Source: Bacilli bacterium (GTDB lineage Bacteria > Bacillota_I > Bacilli_A > ML615J-28 > CAG-313). Taken from it: DNA of 64,000 bases. Shown one piece after another: positions 63,365-64,000 of this stretch; the stretch's first letter is position 1, and every line of letters begins with the position of its first letter. Both the position numbers and the translations under genes were made by a program. The notes below the pieces were generated by a model. It was not told where the DNA came from, searched no databases, and saw only the letters and a list, made by a program, of their open reading frames with translations. The DNA lies in assembly GCA_017398545.1 (NCBI GenBank), contig JAFQFT010000048.1, forward strand, positions 2,418-66,417, read 5' to 3'.

Positions 63365-64000
63365 ATGAAAAAGTTTTTTATTATAATATTAGCTTTTTTT
63401 TCAATAAGTTTATTAAGCTGTGAATCTAATAATGATAAAAATCAAAACAATGAAAATAGCAATAATAATATTAATGAAGTCGTAGAATGGAAAAATGATC
63501 AAGCTGTTTATGTTACTATTAATAAAGAATATCGTAAAGAAGTTTTAGAAAATTTATCAAATAGTTTTAAAGAATATGAATATAAGAAAATATATTTGAC
63601 TGAAAAACATATATATGATGATGGTAGTATATATTTTCAATTACTTTTTATTATAAATTGTGATCTTGAAAAATTTACTGAAAAGTTATCAACTGATAAA
63701 AGAGTTGAATATTTTAGTTTATGTAAAGATTTGCCATATGATTCGTTTGATAATAGATATTTACAATATGAATGTGACGAAATTAATGTAGGAGATTCAT
63801 TAACAATTTCTTTAGTTGGAGATTGTGATATATATAGTAAACCTTTTGAATATAATTCAATTTATGTTACACCAATAAACTATGATAGAAATAAAGTATA
63901 TACTACAGATGATTTTCCTAATATTCAAAATATTGACTACATATATAATAGAGATTATGGATTAGTTATTTCACTAAAAGATTCAAATTATTTTGAGTTA
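63365..64000 (+). CDS. lipoprotein, partial (runs off the window end)
   Basis: ATG 63365 after a GAGGAG RBS. MKKFFIIILAFFSISLLSC has a lipobox and is followed by an N-rich linker. The frame is open for 212 codons to the window edge. It is not in the ORF track because there is no stop. Confidence 0.65.
   Translation, partial: MKKFFIIILAFFSISLLSCESNNDKNQNNENSNNNINEVVEWKNDQAVYVTINKEYRKEVLENLSNSFKEYEYKKIYLTEKHIYDDGSIYFQLLFIINCDLEKFTEKLSTDKRVEYFSLCKDLPYDSFDNRYLQYECDEINVGDSLTISLVGDCDIYSKPFEYNSIYVTPINYDRNKVYTTDDFPNIQNIDYIYNRDYGLVISLKDSNYFEL

Noticed and set aside
1-64000. Possibility of Mollicutes code 4 (TGA = Trp)
   Set aside because: All recognisable proteins are full length under the standard code. 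Trp is encoded by TGG throughout, and TGA ends at least one well-defined ORF (34716-35168), after which a promoter follows.
1-64000. CRISPR arrays, tRNA/rRNA genes, transposases, integrases, prophage genes
   Set aside because: None was found on reading either strand. The only repeats are the coding tandem repeats and short regulatory repeats listed above.

Overview
This is a strongly AT-rich chromosomal segment from a low-GC Bacillota or Mollicutes-like bacterium. It reads the standard genetic code: TGA terminates the ORF ending at 35168, and Trp is TGG. From about 7.4 kb onward almost every gene is on the + strand.

Recognisable content:
- a class III ribonucleotide reductase locus: nrdG on +, and on - an nrdD carrying a C-terminal redoxin domain followed by a TrxR-like flavoprotein
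- aspA, a divergent murA, rpmE, an ABC-F ATPase, an M18 aminopeptidase and an amidase-domain lipoprotein
- a ybaK / Dabb / yfcE / acyl-ACP thioesterase cluster
- feoAB with a DtxR-family repressor and matching palindromic operators
- cysK-cysE and a Na/Pi-PhoU transporter
- an oppABCDF operon whose ATPases carry very large insertions
- an XRE-family regulator, an orphan Phd/YefM-like antitoxin, a T-box-controlled thrS and potABCD
- tandem lipoprotein genes at the 3' end

I saw no rRNA, tRNA, CRISPR array, transposase or integrase.

The outstanding feature is a tandem pair of paralogous giant genes (1078 aa and 4408 aa; 8782-26013, about a quarter of the window) between murA and rpmE. Each has a CvpA-like multi-helix membrane anchor followed by an enormous acidic repeat region, punctuated about every 90 aa by a Trp-containing anchor motif. 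I cannot assign this repeat to any family I know.

The 770-bp spacer between the two giants contains what looks like an unannotated type I toxin-antitoxin-like module. It has a 54-aa amphipathic, basic-tailed peptide on the - strand and a convergent RNA of about 90 nt on the + strand. The two share a bidirectional hairpin and a 10-nt anti-RBS direct repeat.

All calls come from reading the sequence and translations by eye. No searches or folding programs were run.
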